From contig NZ_DATMIO010000177.1 in the NCBI RefSeq assembly GCF_035554235.1, positions 11,632-75,631 on the forward strand: a stretch of DNA of 64,000 nucleotides, written 5' to 3'. The position numbers and the translations under genes were made by a program. The DNA comes from Microbacterium sp. (lineage in GTDB: Bacteria; Actinomycetota; Actinomycetes; Actinomycetales; Microbacteriaceae). This document shows, piece after piece, positions 19,366-28,840 of this stretch (position 1 is its first letter; every line of letters starts with the position of its first letter). Under the pieces are notes generated by a model, which was not told the DNA's origin, searched no databases, and worked only from the letters and a program-made list of their open reading frames with translations.

Positions 19366-20476
19366 ATTCGTGAGGCCGGGGGGCTTCATCCGTCAGGATG
19401 TCGGCAAGCGAGAGTGGGTCGACTTCGTCAAGGGCGTCGCGATCATTCTGATCGTGGCTTACCACACCACGCTGTTTCTCAATTCGATCGAATTCGACGC
19501 GGCGGGCATCGGACGCATCAAGCTCGTTCTCGAGCTCTTCCCGATGCCGGCATTCTTCCTGATCTCCGGGATGTTCCACACGAGGGTCGCCGACTGGTCG
19601 TTCGCCGATCTGTGGCGCCGCCGGCTGAGGCAGTACCTCTACCTCTACATCCTGTGGTCCGTGATCCGCTACGTCTTCTATCTGGTTGCACCGAACGTGC
19701 GCGAGGACGGAGCTGGGCAGTCCGCGCAGGATCCCCTGGCGCTGCTGGGCATCCTGTTCTGGCCGATCAGCTCGTACTGGTTCATCTACGCGCTGTTCAT
19801 CTTCACGCTCGTGCTCTGGCTGTTCCGCAAGGCGCCGCCGTGGGTGCTGCTCGCGCTCGCCGCCGTGCTCTCGGTGCTCTCGTCGTCGGGCATCCTCGAT
19901 TCGCGGAACGTCGGCATCAACCGCATGACGGAGTACCTGATCTTCTTCGCGATCGGCGCGATGTTCCACCGCAGGGTGTACAGCGCCGTCGATGCCGTGA
20001 CGCCGTGGAAGGCGATCGCCCTCGTCGGCGGGTTCTGCGGCTTCGGCCTGCTCGCGACGCTGCTCCCCGTCGTGAACCGCGTTCCGGGCATCGCGTTCGC
20101 CGGCCAACTGCTCGCGATCGCGACCGGGTTCGCCCTCGCCTACTACCTCGTGCGGCTGGCGGTGCTGGAGTGGGTGCTGTACGTCGGCGTCCGCACGCTC
20201 AACATCTACCTCGTGCATGTGTTCGTGATCGCGATGCTCGTGGCACCGCTCACGCTCTTCCCGCAGCTCGATTACCTCCTGCCGGGCCGTGGCCTGCTGC
20301 TGATCGCCGTCCTGGTGGCGCTGGTCGTGGTGCTCTCGATCGTGCTCACGCGCTACCTGACGCGTATCACGTGGCTCTTCGTCTATCCCTTCGGCAGGAA
20401 GAAGAGGACGGGTGCCGCGGCCGCGCCGGCCGGGGCGGTGCGCCCCGAGGCCCACACCCCGGGGGAGGTCCCCTGA
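19358..20476 (+). CDS. Acyltransferase-3 family membrane protein
   Basis: EWVDFVKGVAIILIVAYH, MPAFFLISG, SYWFIYAL, TLNIYLVH. Confidence 0.85.
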   Translation: MAEFVRPGGFIRQDVGKREWVDFVKGVAIILIVAYHTTLFLNSIEFDAAGIGRIKLVLELFPMPAFFLISGMFHTRVADWSFADLWRRRLRQYLYLYILWSVIRYVFYLVAPNVREDGAGQSAQDPLALLGILFWPISSYWFIYALFIFTLVLWLFRKAPPWVLLALAAVLSVLSSSGILDSRNVGINRMTEYLIFFAIGAMFHRRVYSAVDAVTPWKAIALVGGFCGFGLLATLLPVVNRVPGIAFAGQLLAIATGFALAYYLVRLAVLEWVLYVGVRTLNIYLVHVFVIAMLVAPLTLFPQLDYLLPGRGLLLIAVLVALVVVLSIVLTRYLTRITWLFVYPFGRKKRTGAAAAPAGAVRPEAHTPGEVP

Positions 20477-21486
20477 TGGCGGGCGCGCGGCTCGACTGGG
20501 CCGACGTCGCACGCGGCGGAGCGATGATCCTGGTGGTCTTCGCCCACACGCTGCAGCTGATGGATGTCGGTGGCTGGCAGCTCGGATGGCTCGACTCGCT
20601 CAACCTATACCTCACCGCCATCCGCATGCCCCTGTTCTTCCTGATCTCGGGGGTGTTCGCGGCGTCCGCGATCAGGCGGACGTGGGGCGGGCTCTTCGCG
20701 TCGAGACTCGCGCTGCTGCTCTACATGTACTTCGCCTGGATGCTGCTGCGCGCCGTGTGGTTCAGCGTCGTGCCGTGGCCGCTGAGCGACACGCACCCGT
20801 GGTCGGCGCTGCTCATCTCGCCGGTGTGGCCGACCAACGGGCTGTGGTTCCTCTACGCCCTCATCGTCTACCTCGTGATCGGGCGCCTGACCGCCCGCTG
20901 GCCGGCCTGGATCCCGCTGTCGATCTCGGGAGTCGTCGCCGTGCTGGCGGCGTCCGACCTGATCCCGACGGGCGGGAACGGCGTGTGGCGATCGGTCGCG
21001 CTGTACCTCTTCTTCTTCCTGCTCGGCGCCCGGCTGTCGGATCTCTGGAAGGGCGTCGCCGCTCGCGCGAACGTCGTGCTGCTCGTGGTCGCGGTCGTCG
21101 CGATCCCGGCCGGCATCCTGGCATTCACGCTCATCGACGATCCGTTCCGCGGCGCGTCGCGCGTCGCGCTGTCGGTGCTGTGCGTCGCTGCCTGCCTCGT
21201 GATCGCGGCGATGGCGGCCAAGGTGCGCCCGCTCGCCCGTCCCTTCCTCTATGTCGGCTCGCGGACGCTTCCGGTCTACGTGATGCACGCGATGCTGCTC
21301 GCGGTGCTCGTGCCGCTCGTGCCGGTCGGGCTGACCTCCGCCCTGCTGATCTCCGTGGCCCTGACCCTTCTCGCGACGGTGATCCCGCTCGCCCTGTACC
21401 GCGTGCTCGGGCCTATCGGAGGCATCTTCAACCTTCCCCACGCATTCGAGCGGCGACTTGCCGCCAGACGGACGGAGAGCGCATGA
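20476..21486 (+). CDS. Acyltransferase-3 family membrane protein
   Basis: DWADVARGGAMILVVFAH, RMPLFFLISG, GLWFLYAL, TLPVYVMH. Confidence 0.85.
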   Translation: MAGARLDWADVARGGAMILVVFAHTLQLMDVGGWQLGWLDSLNLYLTAIRMPLFFLISGVFAASAIRRTWGGLFASRLALLLYMYFAWMLLRAVWFSVVPWPLSDTHPWSALLISPVWPTNGLWFLYALIVYLVIGRLTARWPAWIPLSISGVVAVLAASDLIPTGGNGVWRSVALYLFFFLLGARLSDLWKGVAARANVVLLVVAVVAIPAGILAFTLIDDPFRGASRVALSVLCVAACLVIAAMAAKVRPLARPFLYVGSRTLPVYVMHAMLLAVLVPLVPVGLTSALLISVALTLLATVIPLALYRVLGPIGGIFNLPHAFERRLAARRTESA

Positions 21487-22916
21487 CCGACCAGACCATG
21501 ACCCCCCGCGATGGTCGGCCGGTCGCCTCCGGCGCCATCGCGCCGGAACCGGGAGGGCCCATGCACACGATCGAAGACGTCGTGGGGCGCGGCATGTGCG
21601 TGGGATGCGGGGCGTGCGCGGCGCGCACCGGCGGGGCGGTGCGGGTGCAGATCGGAACCCGGCGCTCGTACGAGGCCGACCTCACCGGAGCAACCCCCGC
21701 GGCGGTGCGCGAAGCGAGCCGGGTGTGCCCGTTCTCGGACGAATCCCGCAACGAGGACGCGATCGCGAACGACCGCTTCGCCGGCCTGCGGCACGACCCG
21801 CGCGTCGGCTACTTCTCGACGCTCAAGGCGGCGCGCCTCAACGACGAGAGCCGCCTGATGGGCAGCAGCTCCGGCGGGCTGACGAGCTGGGTGGCCGAGC
21901 AGCTGCTGCGTCGGGACAGGGTGGATGCAGTCATCCACGTCACGCCCACGCACACCGAGTCGGGTCCGATGTTCTCCTACACGACGTCGGACACACCCGA
22001 GGCCTTCGCCGCGGAGCGCAAGTCGATGTACACCGCGACCACGATGGCCGACATCCTGCAGGCCGTCCGAGGCAACGGCAAGCGGTACGCCGTCATCGGA
22101 GTGCCGTGCTTCCTTCGCGCGGCCCGCCTGCTCTCGGAGCAGGATGCGGTGTTCGGCGGGCAGCTGAAGTACTTCCTCGGGCTGGTGTGCGGCCACCTCA
22201 AGTCGCAGGCGTTCGCCGAGTCGCTCGCGTGGCAGGCGGGCGTCGAGCCCGACGACCTCGAGGCGGTCGATTTCCGCATCAAGGTGCCCGGCCGGCTCTC
22301 GAGCCACTACGACGTACAGGCCACGGCCAAGGACGGCACTACGAAGACCGCGCACACCCACGACCTCGTGGGCGGCAACTGGGGTCACGCGATGTTTCAG
22401 GCGAACGCCTGCAACTTCTGCGACGACATCTTCGCCGAGACCGCCGACGTCGCCTTCGGCGACGGCTGGCTGCCGGAGTACAAGGAGGAGTGGCGGGGCA
22501 CGAACGTCGTCGTGAGCAGGCATCCCGACATCGACGAGATCTTCGCCGACGAGGCGGCCGTCTGGTCGGTGCCGCTGACCGTCGAGCAGGTCGCCGCCAC
22601 CCAGGGGGGCAATTTCCGGCACCGCCGGATCGGGCTGTCGGTGCGCCTGCACGACGATGTCGCGGCGGGGCTCTCCGTGCCCCGCAAGCGAGTTGCGGCA
22701 TCGCTGGAGGGCATCGACCCGCAGCGCGTCGAGCTGATCCGGCTGCGTCGGCGGATGTCGGAGGAGAGCCACGAGGCGTTCGCCGAGGCACGCCGACGGG
22801 GATCGCTCGCCTACTTCCTGCGCCGCATGCGGCCGTTCCTCCGTCGCTACGACAACGTATCGCGCGGAAACCGCCTCACACGCCTGCGTCAGCGCGTGCG
22901 GCGGATGCTGCGCTGA
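21483..22916 (+). CDS. FrhB/FdhB-like (F420 hydrogenase beta-subunit family) Fe-S protein
   Basis: CVGCGACAA, RVCPF, SSGGLTS, S.YT, VIGVPCF, LGLVCGH, ACNFCDD..AETADVAFGDGW; alternative start 21561. Confidence 0.8.
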   Translation: MTDQTMTPRDGRPVASGAIAPEPGGPMHTIEDVVGRGMCVGCGACAARTGGAVRVQIGTRRSYEADLTGATPAAVREASRVCPFSDESRNEDAIANDRFAGLRHDPRVGYFSTLKAARLNDESRLMGSSSGGLTSWVAEQLLRRDRVDAVIHVTPTHTESGPMFSYTTSDTPEAFAAERKSMYTATTMADILQAVRGNGKRYAVIGVPCFLRAARLLSEQDAVFGGQLKYFLGLVCGHLKSQAFAESLAWQAGVEPDDLEAVDFRIKVPGRLSSHYDVQATAKDGTTKTAHTHDLVGGNWGHAMFQANACNFCDDIFAETADVAFGDGWLPEYKEEWRGTNVVVSRHPDIDEIFADEAAVWSVPLTVEQVAATQGGNFRHRRIGLSVRLHDDVAAGLSVPRKRVAASLEGIDPQRVELIRLRRRMSEESHEAFAEARRRGSLAYFLRRMRPFLRRYDNVSRGNRLTRLRQRVRRMLR

Positions 22917-23958
22917 CGCGCTCGCGTTCGGGAATCTCCCCCAGAGCCTCGAGCCAGATGCTCTCGACGCGGGGGAAGACCGCTTGAGCCGAGTAGGACA
23001 GCAAGAAGCGGTCGTGACCGCGCGCGGCGATCGCGGCGCGCTCGGCGGCGTCGCCGAGCACCCTGCGGAAGGCCGCCGCGAGGGCGGCGGCGTCGCCCGG
23101 AGCGACGAGCACACCGTGCCCCTCGCCCAGCACCGCCGGGATTCCGCCGACCGTCGTCGAGATGACGCAGGACCGGCGCGCCATGGCCTCGAGGATGAAC
23201 ATCGGCATGGCCTCGTCGCGTGAGGGGAGCACCGCCACGGATGCGTGCTCCAGAAGCTCCATCAGGTCTTTGTGGCCGACGCTCCCCAAGAACCGTGCGC
23301 CCGCGATGTCCTTGTCCACGAGGTGCTCGTCGCGGAGCGGCCCCGCGATGACGAGCGCCCAACCGGGGAATTCGGGACCGACCTCGCGCCAGGCATCCTG
23401 CAGCACGTCGATGCCCTTGCGGTGCGAGACGACGCCGCCGAACACGATCGTGCGCTCCTTCTGGACGCCGATGCCGTCGGGGATCGCGTTGGGGACGAGC
23501 GATACGCGGTCGGCGCCGACGTGGCGGGCGCTGATCTCGCTCGATTCCTCCGAAAGCGTGATCACCCGGGCGCACGCGCCGAGCACCGCTCCGACGGACT
23601 TGGGGTGCTCGCGCTCGTGCACGGCGAACTCGCTGCCGTGCAGGTGGGCGATGACGGGTAGGCCGAGCCGGGCCGCGTACCTCGCGAGGCTGCCCTCGCG
23701 GACGAACGAGCCGCGCTCCGAGAGGTGGACCACGATGACCGCGCGCTCGCCGCGGCGCTTGATCGCCCGCAGCCGGCCGAGCGCACGCGTGAAGCGGCGC
23801 AGCGCGGTCACGTGATCGCCGGGATCGCCGCGCGATTCGATGACCTCGACCGCGACCTGCTCGAAGGGCCACGCAAGATACGCGTTCACGACCTGCGTCA
23901 TGCCGCCGGGGATGTCTCCCGCACGGCCGACGTGGTAGACGGTCGGCCGGTCACCCAC
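22876..23958 (-). CDS. GT4 glycosyltransferase
   Basis: GGMTQV, HLHGSEF, VLPSRDEAMPMFILEAMA. Confidence 0.88.
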   Translation of the reverse strand: MGDRPTVYHVGRAGDIPGGMTQVVNAYLAWPFEQVAVEVIESRGDPGDHVTALRRFTRALGRLRAIKRRGERAVIVVHLSERGSFVREGSLARYAARLGLPVIAHLHGSEFAVHEREHPKSVGAVLGACARVITLSEESSEISARHVGADRVSLVPNAIPDGIGVQKERTIVFGGVVSHRKGIDVLQDAWREVGPEFPGWALVIAGPLRDEHLVDKDIAGARFLGSVGHKDLMELLEHASVAVLPSRDEAMPMFILEAMARRSCVISTTVGGIPAVLGEGHGVLVAPGDAAALAAAFRRVLGDAAERAAIAARGHDRFLLSYSAQAVFPRVESIWLEALGEIPERERVSAASAARADAGV

Positions 23959-25141
23959 GGGATGCTCCCACCAGATCGCGGGCGTCGCTGCGCGTCAGCA
24001 GCGCGAGGAGGTCGTCGCGCACCTCACGCAGGCGCGCCCGCGCGCCGATGAGGGCGCGTATCGCGACGGGCCGCTTCGCGGCGATCGTCACGATGTTCTC
24101 CGCGATGTCTTCGCCGCTGAGGTCGATGGCATTGAAGGCGACTCCCTCGACGCCGATCGTGGCGAAGTGGCGGGCGATCTTGTCGTCGTCGTCGAGAAGC
24201 AGCCCCACGGGGGCCGCGCCCTCGGTCAGGCCGGCGATGATGACGTGGAGCCGATCGCTGGCGACCACGCGGGCGCGGCGATACACGGCCCGAAGGGCCT
24301 CCTCCTGCGGAGCGTGGTTGACGGGCTCCGGCCACGAGACGAGTTCGGCCTCGAGCTCGGCAGCGAGGCGCCGCGAGCGGTCATCGTCCACCGAGACCTG
24401 GGTCACGACGCAGATGTCCAGGCCCATCCGGGCGGCCGCCTCGCGGACACCCTCGAACCAGGACTCGCCGGGGTATGGCCGGGGCGCCACCTCCACGTCC
24501 TCCCGAAGCGACACGACGAGCAGATCCCGTTCGCGGCCGGCGCCCTCAAGGGATGCCAGCAGCTCGTCATCCGCCATGCCGTCGGTGTAACCGAGATCCG
24601 GCATCGCCGGGCCGAAGCCGAGGTAGTCGGCCGTTCCCTGGTCGCGCCACCGGGTCATGCTGCTGAGGGCGTTCGACGGCCACATGAGCGCCCTCGGGAG
24701 CGGAGCGAAGTTTCGCGCCCCCGCCCCGATGCGGGCGACCTTTCCGCCGCGCAGTCGCACGAGCGCGACGGCCGGGAGCATCGCGATGTGCTCCTTCATG
24801 CCGACGAGCGTCAGCTGGATCTCCCCGGGTTTGTAGAGCGAATCCGCCGTGCCGGCCGCCGCGGCCTTGAGGAGGGCGGCGTACCACGACGACAACGACC
24901 GGTATACGACGTCCTCGGGCCGGACCCCCAGGCTCTCGTCGTAGCCCTCCGGCGAGTTGCCCACGTATACGTGAAGCCGGCCTGCCGCGCGGGCCCAGTC
25001 GAGCAGGGGGCGTCGAAGGAGCCCGTCGCCGATGTTCTCGTACTGTCCCCGTCCGACCGCGAAGACGTCGCGTGGTTGTGGCATTTCACTTCCCATTCGT
25101 GTGCTTCCCTCGACGGTGGCGGACTCCGGATCTCCCGTCAT
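23951..25141 (-). CDS. Divergent polysaccharide pyruvyl transferase-like protein
   Basis: GQYENIGDGLL, RWRDQGT, PDLGY, ASDRLHVII; start 25141 or 25084. Confidence 0.65.
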   Translation of the reverse strand: MTGDPESATVEGSTRMGSEMPQPRDVFAVGRGQYENIGDGLLRRPLLDWARAAGRLHVYVGNSPEGYDESLGVRPEDVVYRSLSSWYAALLKAAAAGTADSLYKPGEIQLTLVGMKEHIAMLPAVALVRLRGGKVARIGAGARNFAPLPRALMWPSNALSSMTRWRDQGTADYLGFGPAMPDLGYTDGMADDELLASLEGAGRERDLLVVSLREDVEVAPRPYPGESWFEGVREAAARMGLDICVVTQVSVDDDRSRRLAAELEAELVSWPEPVNHAPQEEALRAVYRRARVVASDRLHVIIAGLTEGAAPVGLLLDDDDKIARHFATIGVEGVAFNAIDLSGEDIAENIVTIAAKRPVAIRALIGARARLREVRDDLLALLTRSDARDLVGASRG

Positions 25142-25143
25142 CC

Positions 25144-26118
25144 TCAGACCAGCGCCGACGGGCGCGGAACGCGAAGACCGTCGATGATCCGCCTCTGCGC
25201 GGCGTGTTCGAGCGCCGCCACGCTGAGCGCGGGCCCCTCGACGGCGATGCCGATGTCTGTCGCGTTGACGAGATCGGCGATCTGCGTCTGATGGTCGTCG
25301 ATGTGCTCCCCACGCGAGGCGCGGCGCACGGCCTGCACGGGGTAGATCCCCAACCCGAGCATCTCGAGCAGCGTGCCGACACCGGCGTGGGTCACGACCA
25401 CATCGGCTTCGCGAGCGGCGAGAGCGAACTCGCTCGGCGACATGTAGTCGAAGACCCGGCCGGGCAGAGCATCCGTTCGTTTCGTATCGCCCAGCTGCCA
25501 CACCGTGTGCTCGTTCGCCAGCCCCGTTGCCAGGAACGCGTCGACGACCGAGTCGAAGCGGTAGCCGCGAATCGTGCCCAGGGTGATGAAGACGCTCTGT
25601 ATGGGTCGCGGCTCCGGCGAGACCTCGCTCCGGAAATCGGTGAGGATGCTCGCGCAGGACTTCCATCGTCCATCGGCCCAGCCGCCGTGCTGCGTCCGCA
25701 GGTGCATCCCCGGCACCCGCTGCAGCAGGCGTCCCGTCGCCGACGGTCCGCGCAGACGGCACACGCTCTCGATGTAGGTGCTCGGCACCTTCGACAGGAC
25801 GGCGGTCGGGAGCGCCGCGACGGCGACGGCGGCGCCCGTGCTGATCGCGGCGTCGAACCGCTCGCCGCGCACCAGGCGCCTGAGGGCAGGCGCGGCCTTC
25901 ACCGTCTCCTTGAGGTCGCGCGGACCGATGTACGGCAGGTGGTGCACGCGGCGCCCCTCGAGGAGCTGCCTGCTCTGCGGGGTGTCGAATGTCACCCAGA
26001 GGCTGTCCGGGTGGGCGCCCATCCGGGATTCGAGCCTCACCAGCTCGGAGAGATGGCCGCCCGTCGAGCAGACGAGAAGGGACTTGGCTCCGGCACCGGG
26101 GATATCTGCATGTGACAT
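25144..26118 (-). CDS. Fused Alg14-like + Alg13-like (PssD/PssE, CpsF/G type) glycosyltransferase
   Basis: CSTGGHLSEL, ISTGAAVAV, YIES; second half VFITLGT, VVTHAGVGT, GEHIDDHQ. Confidence 0.8.
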   Translation of the reverse strand: MSHADIPGAGAKSLLVCSTGGHLSELVRLESRMGAHPDSLWVTFDTPQSRQLLEGRRVHHLPYIGPRDLKETVKAAPALRRLVRGERFDAAISTGAAVAVAALPTAVLSKVPSTYIESVCRLRGPSATGRLLQRVPGMHLRTQHGGWADGRWKSCASILTDFRSEVSPEPRPIQSVFITLGTIRGYRFDSVVDAFLATGLANEHTVWQLGDTKRTDALPGRVFDYMSPSEFALAAREADVVVTHAGVGTLLEMLGLGIYPVQAVRRASRGEHIDDHQTQIADLVNATDIGIAVEGPALSVAALEHAAQRRIIDGLRVPRPSALV

Positions 26119-26364
26119 GTGATCGTTCCTCGCGTCGGGTGCGAGGGGTGACCCGGTCGCACTGTACGTGGAGCCGACACGCCATTGGCGACTGCCCATT
26201 CACGGGCTACAGTAACGCCCGGCGTGCGTGGACCGCAGGGGAATCGACGGGGCTTAACCCGCCCGTAACGACTCTTCATGCGGCGTTCATACGGGCACCG
26301 TAGTCTCGGCCTCACGGTCCAGGCGCGCGATTTCGTGCGGACTCCTTCAGAGCGGGGACGGCAC

Positions 26365-27600
26365 ATGATGGACGAAGTCGAGCACGACGCACGCTCCCCC
26401 AAGGAGCTCTCGCGTCGAGGGTTCATGACGATCGCCGCGGGCGGGGTGGGCGGTCTGCTGCTCGCGTCCGCGGGTGCCCCCGCGTGGGCGGCCACGCCCT
26501 CCCCGACCCCGAAGCTGCCGGGCGAGTACTTCCGCAGGGCGAATCAGGTGACGACGGGAGGCACGCTCTTCGACAACGTCTGCGTGCGCATCGACGGCGA
26601 TGCCGCGCGCATCTACGTCCCGCAGTCCGTGAAGCCGTACTCGGGCGTGCCGGTGCCGGTCGTGTGGTTCTTCCACGGATCGGGCAGCGATCACAACGCG
26701 CTCGACGGCGGATTCAAATCGAGCTCGCAAGCCGTCGTCGATCGCGGCGCGATCGCGATCTGCCAGACGGCGGGCGGAACCCTCTACTCCCACCCCACCG
26801 CCGTCGCCCTCCAGGTGGCGGGCTACTCGTACATGTCGGGGCTCTTCACGATCTCGACCAACACCCTGCGCTCGACGTCGGGCGGGGGTGCCCTCTGCAT
26901 CGAGACGTACGCGACAGGGCTGCTGCCGAACATCGCGGGCATGTACAACGTCAATTCGTCCTACAACCTCCGCGCCCACTACGACCAGGGCGGCAGCGGC
27001 CAGGCCTCCATCATCGCGGCTTTCGGCGACGACCTTGCCGCGATCGAGGCGGCCAATCCCGCACGCCACCCGGCGGCGTCGTGGACCGCGGCGAAGATGC
27101 GGATCGTGGTGTCGCAGCCGAATGAGAGCGACACGGTGGTGCCGCCGCAGGACCACGGGCTCGCGCTGCTGGCCCTCGCGGCTCCTGTCGCGGCCGAGGC
27201 GTCGCTGCGCACGCATGCGAACGGGCACAGCACCCCCGGCTTCGCCACCGCGGACTTCCTGGCGGCGGCGGAGCGCTGGAGCGCCTTCGGCTCGACGCCC
27301 CCGCCCGACACCCAGCAGCCCGTGGTGAGCTTCGTGCAGCCCGTGAGCGGTGCCACGCTCTCGGGCACGACGACCGTGATCATCAACGCCACCGACAACG
27401 TGGGCGTCGTCGATGTCGGCATCTACGTCGGCACCCGCCGGATGGGTACTGCGGCGTTCACGGGGTCGGACTACCGGCTGACGTTCAACACCAACACGTC
27501 CGCGACGCCGAACGGCACCTACGTCGCGACGGCGCGGGCGACGGACGCCGCGGGCAACGTGGGCGTCAGCGCGCCGATCACCGTCACTGTGGCGAACTGA
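26365..27600 (+). CDS. Tat-exported alpha/beta-hydrolase-like protein with C-terminal bacterial Ig-like domain
   Basis: LSRRGFM Tat motif and AWA cleavage site; WFFHGSG, STSGGG elbow, DTVVP, NGHS; C-term ATDNVGV..ARATDAAGN. Confidence 0.7.
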   Translation: MMDEVEHDARSPKELSRRGFMTIAAGGVGGLLLASAGAPAWAATPSPTPKLPGEYFRRANQVTTGGTLFDNVCVRIDGDAARIYVPQSVKPYSGVPVPVVWFFHGSGSDHNALDGGFKSSSQAVVDRGAIAICQTAGGTLYSHPTAVALQVAGYSYMSGLFTISTNTLRSTSGGGALCIETYATGLLPNIAGMYNVNSSYNLRAHYDQGGSGQASIIAAFGDDLAAIEAANPARHPAASWTAAKMRIVVSQPNESDTVVPPQDHGLALLALAAPVAAEASLRTHANGHSTPGFATADFLAAAERWSAFGSTPPPDTQQPVVSFVQPVSGATLSGTTTVIINATDNVGVVDVGIYVGTRRMGTAAFTGSDYRLTFNTNTSATPNGTYVATARATDAAGNVGVSAPITVTVAN

Positions 27601-28837
27601 GTCCGCTCTCTTCAGAGGGGCGCGATGGATGCCGCTCGATGACCTCCGCCTGCGAGAGAGCCGTGTCGATTCCGCTGGGTGAGGGGAGGCCGGGTTCGCT
27701 CCCGACGTACGCCAGCAGCGTTCCCACCTGTTTGACGCTGGATGCCGCGAAATACGTGACGTCGAGCTCGTACTCGTCGGCGATCGCGTAGAACCGCTCG
27801 AACAGGTCGTTCCACGCCTCGCCGGATTCCGCGGTCTGCACCCCGCCGGCGCCGCCGGACGGCCAGCCCACTTCGCCCACCGAGCAGCGCACCGCCCACT
27901 CACGGCACCACCGGGCGAAGGTGCTGAGCCGTTCGAGCACGCGGGTGTGGTCCACCCCGGGGTCGAACGAATCGCCCGCCTCGTTGTCGTAGAAATGCTC
28001 TGAGTACATCACCTTGCCGAGCGGGTCGGCGATCCATGGTCCGTCCGGCGCGATCGCGGCGACCCGGCCGCGCGTGTCGCTGAGGATGCCTTCCACCCAC
28101 AGCGTGTGCTGATCACCGGTGGCGCGAATCGCGTCGACGGCCACTTGGGCATACCGCTTGTAGACGTCGACGCCGACCGACCACCGCGGTTCGTTGAAGA
28201 TGTCGAAGGCGGCGACCCGTTCGTCGCCGCGGAAGCGCTCCGCGATGCTGGTCCAGATCGTGCTGACGTGCGCTTCGCTGATGCCGTCGCCGCAGCGCAC
28301 GCTGCCCTCGACGAACGCGCCGGCACCCCACGGGTAGGTGCACCCGTTGTGCAGGTCGATGATCGTGCGGATGCCGGCGGCGGCGGCCCTGCGCACCTGC
28401 TCCTCGACCGCATCGAGGTACGGGGTGCTCACCGGGGCGGCGAGTCCATCGAGGGCCCCGCCCCCCTCGGGAATCTCCTGCAGCCTCTGCCACGGCACGG
28501 CGAGACGGACGATGCTCACGCCCCGCGAGGCGAGGTAGTCGTAACTCGACTGCGGTTCGCCGAGGGCCGTCGGGTCTGCCTGCTTGCCGGCGAAGACGAG
28601 GCTGTAGATGTTCACCCCCCGCAGATAGTCGTGGCCGTTCAGATAGCTCCCGTCGCCGAAGCGGAGCGCCTCGTCGTCCGTGCGCGCGCCGGCCGTCGTG
28701 CCGCCGGAGGGGTCCTCGATGCCCGGCGGAACGACCGGCGCATGCGCGGGGATCGCCACGAGCATGGCGAGCACGGCGACCAGCGCGGCCGTGGAGCCCG
28801 CCACCGCCGCCACGATCCCCAGACGCGGCCGACGCAC
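27584..28837 (-). CDS. GH5 (cellulase-family) glycoside hydrolase with N-terminal anchor
   Basis: IVRLAVPW, IIDLHN, FDIFNEP (acid/base), SEHFY, VGEVGW (nucleophile). Confidence 0.85.
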   Translation of the reverse strand: MRRPRLGIVAAVAGSTAALVAVLAMLVAIPAHAPVVPPGIEDPSGGTTAGARTDDEALRFGDGSYLNGHDYLRGVNIYSLVFAGKQADPTALGEPQSSYDYLASRGVSIVRLAVPWQRLQEIPEGGGALDGLAAPVSTPYLDAVEEQVRRAAAAGIRTIIDLHNGCTYPWGAGAFVEGSVRCGDGISEAHVSTIWTSIAERFRGDERVAAFDIFNEPRWSVGVDVYKRYAQVAVDAIRATGDQHTLWVEGILSDTRGRVAAIAPDGPWIADPLGKVMYSEHFYDNEAGDSFDPGVDHTRVLERLSTFARWCREWAVRCSVGEVGWPSGGAGGVQTAESGEAWNDLFERFYAIADEYELDVTYFAASSVKQVGTLLAYVGSEPGLPSPSGIDTALSQAEVIERHPSRPSEESGLSSPQ

Positions 28838-28840
28838 GAT

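Noticed and set aside
21483-22916. Functional F420-reducing hydrogenase
   Set aside because: No NiFe large/small subunits or maturation genes in the window; context is purely polysaccharide
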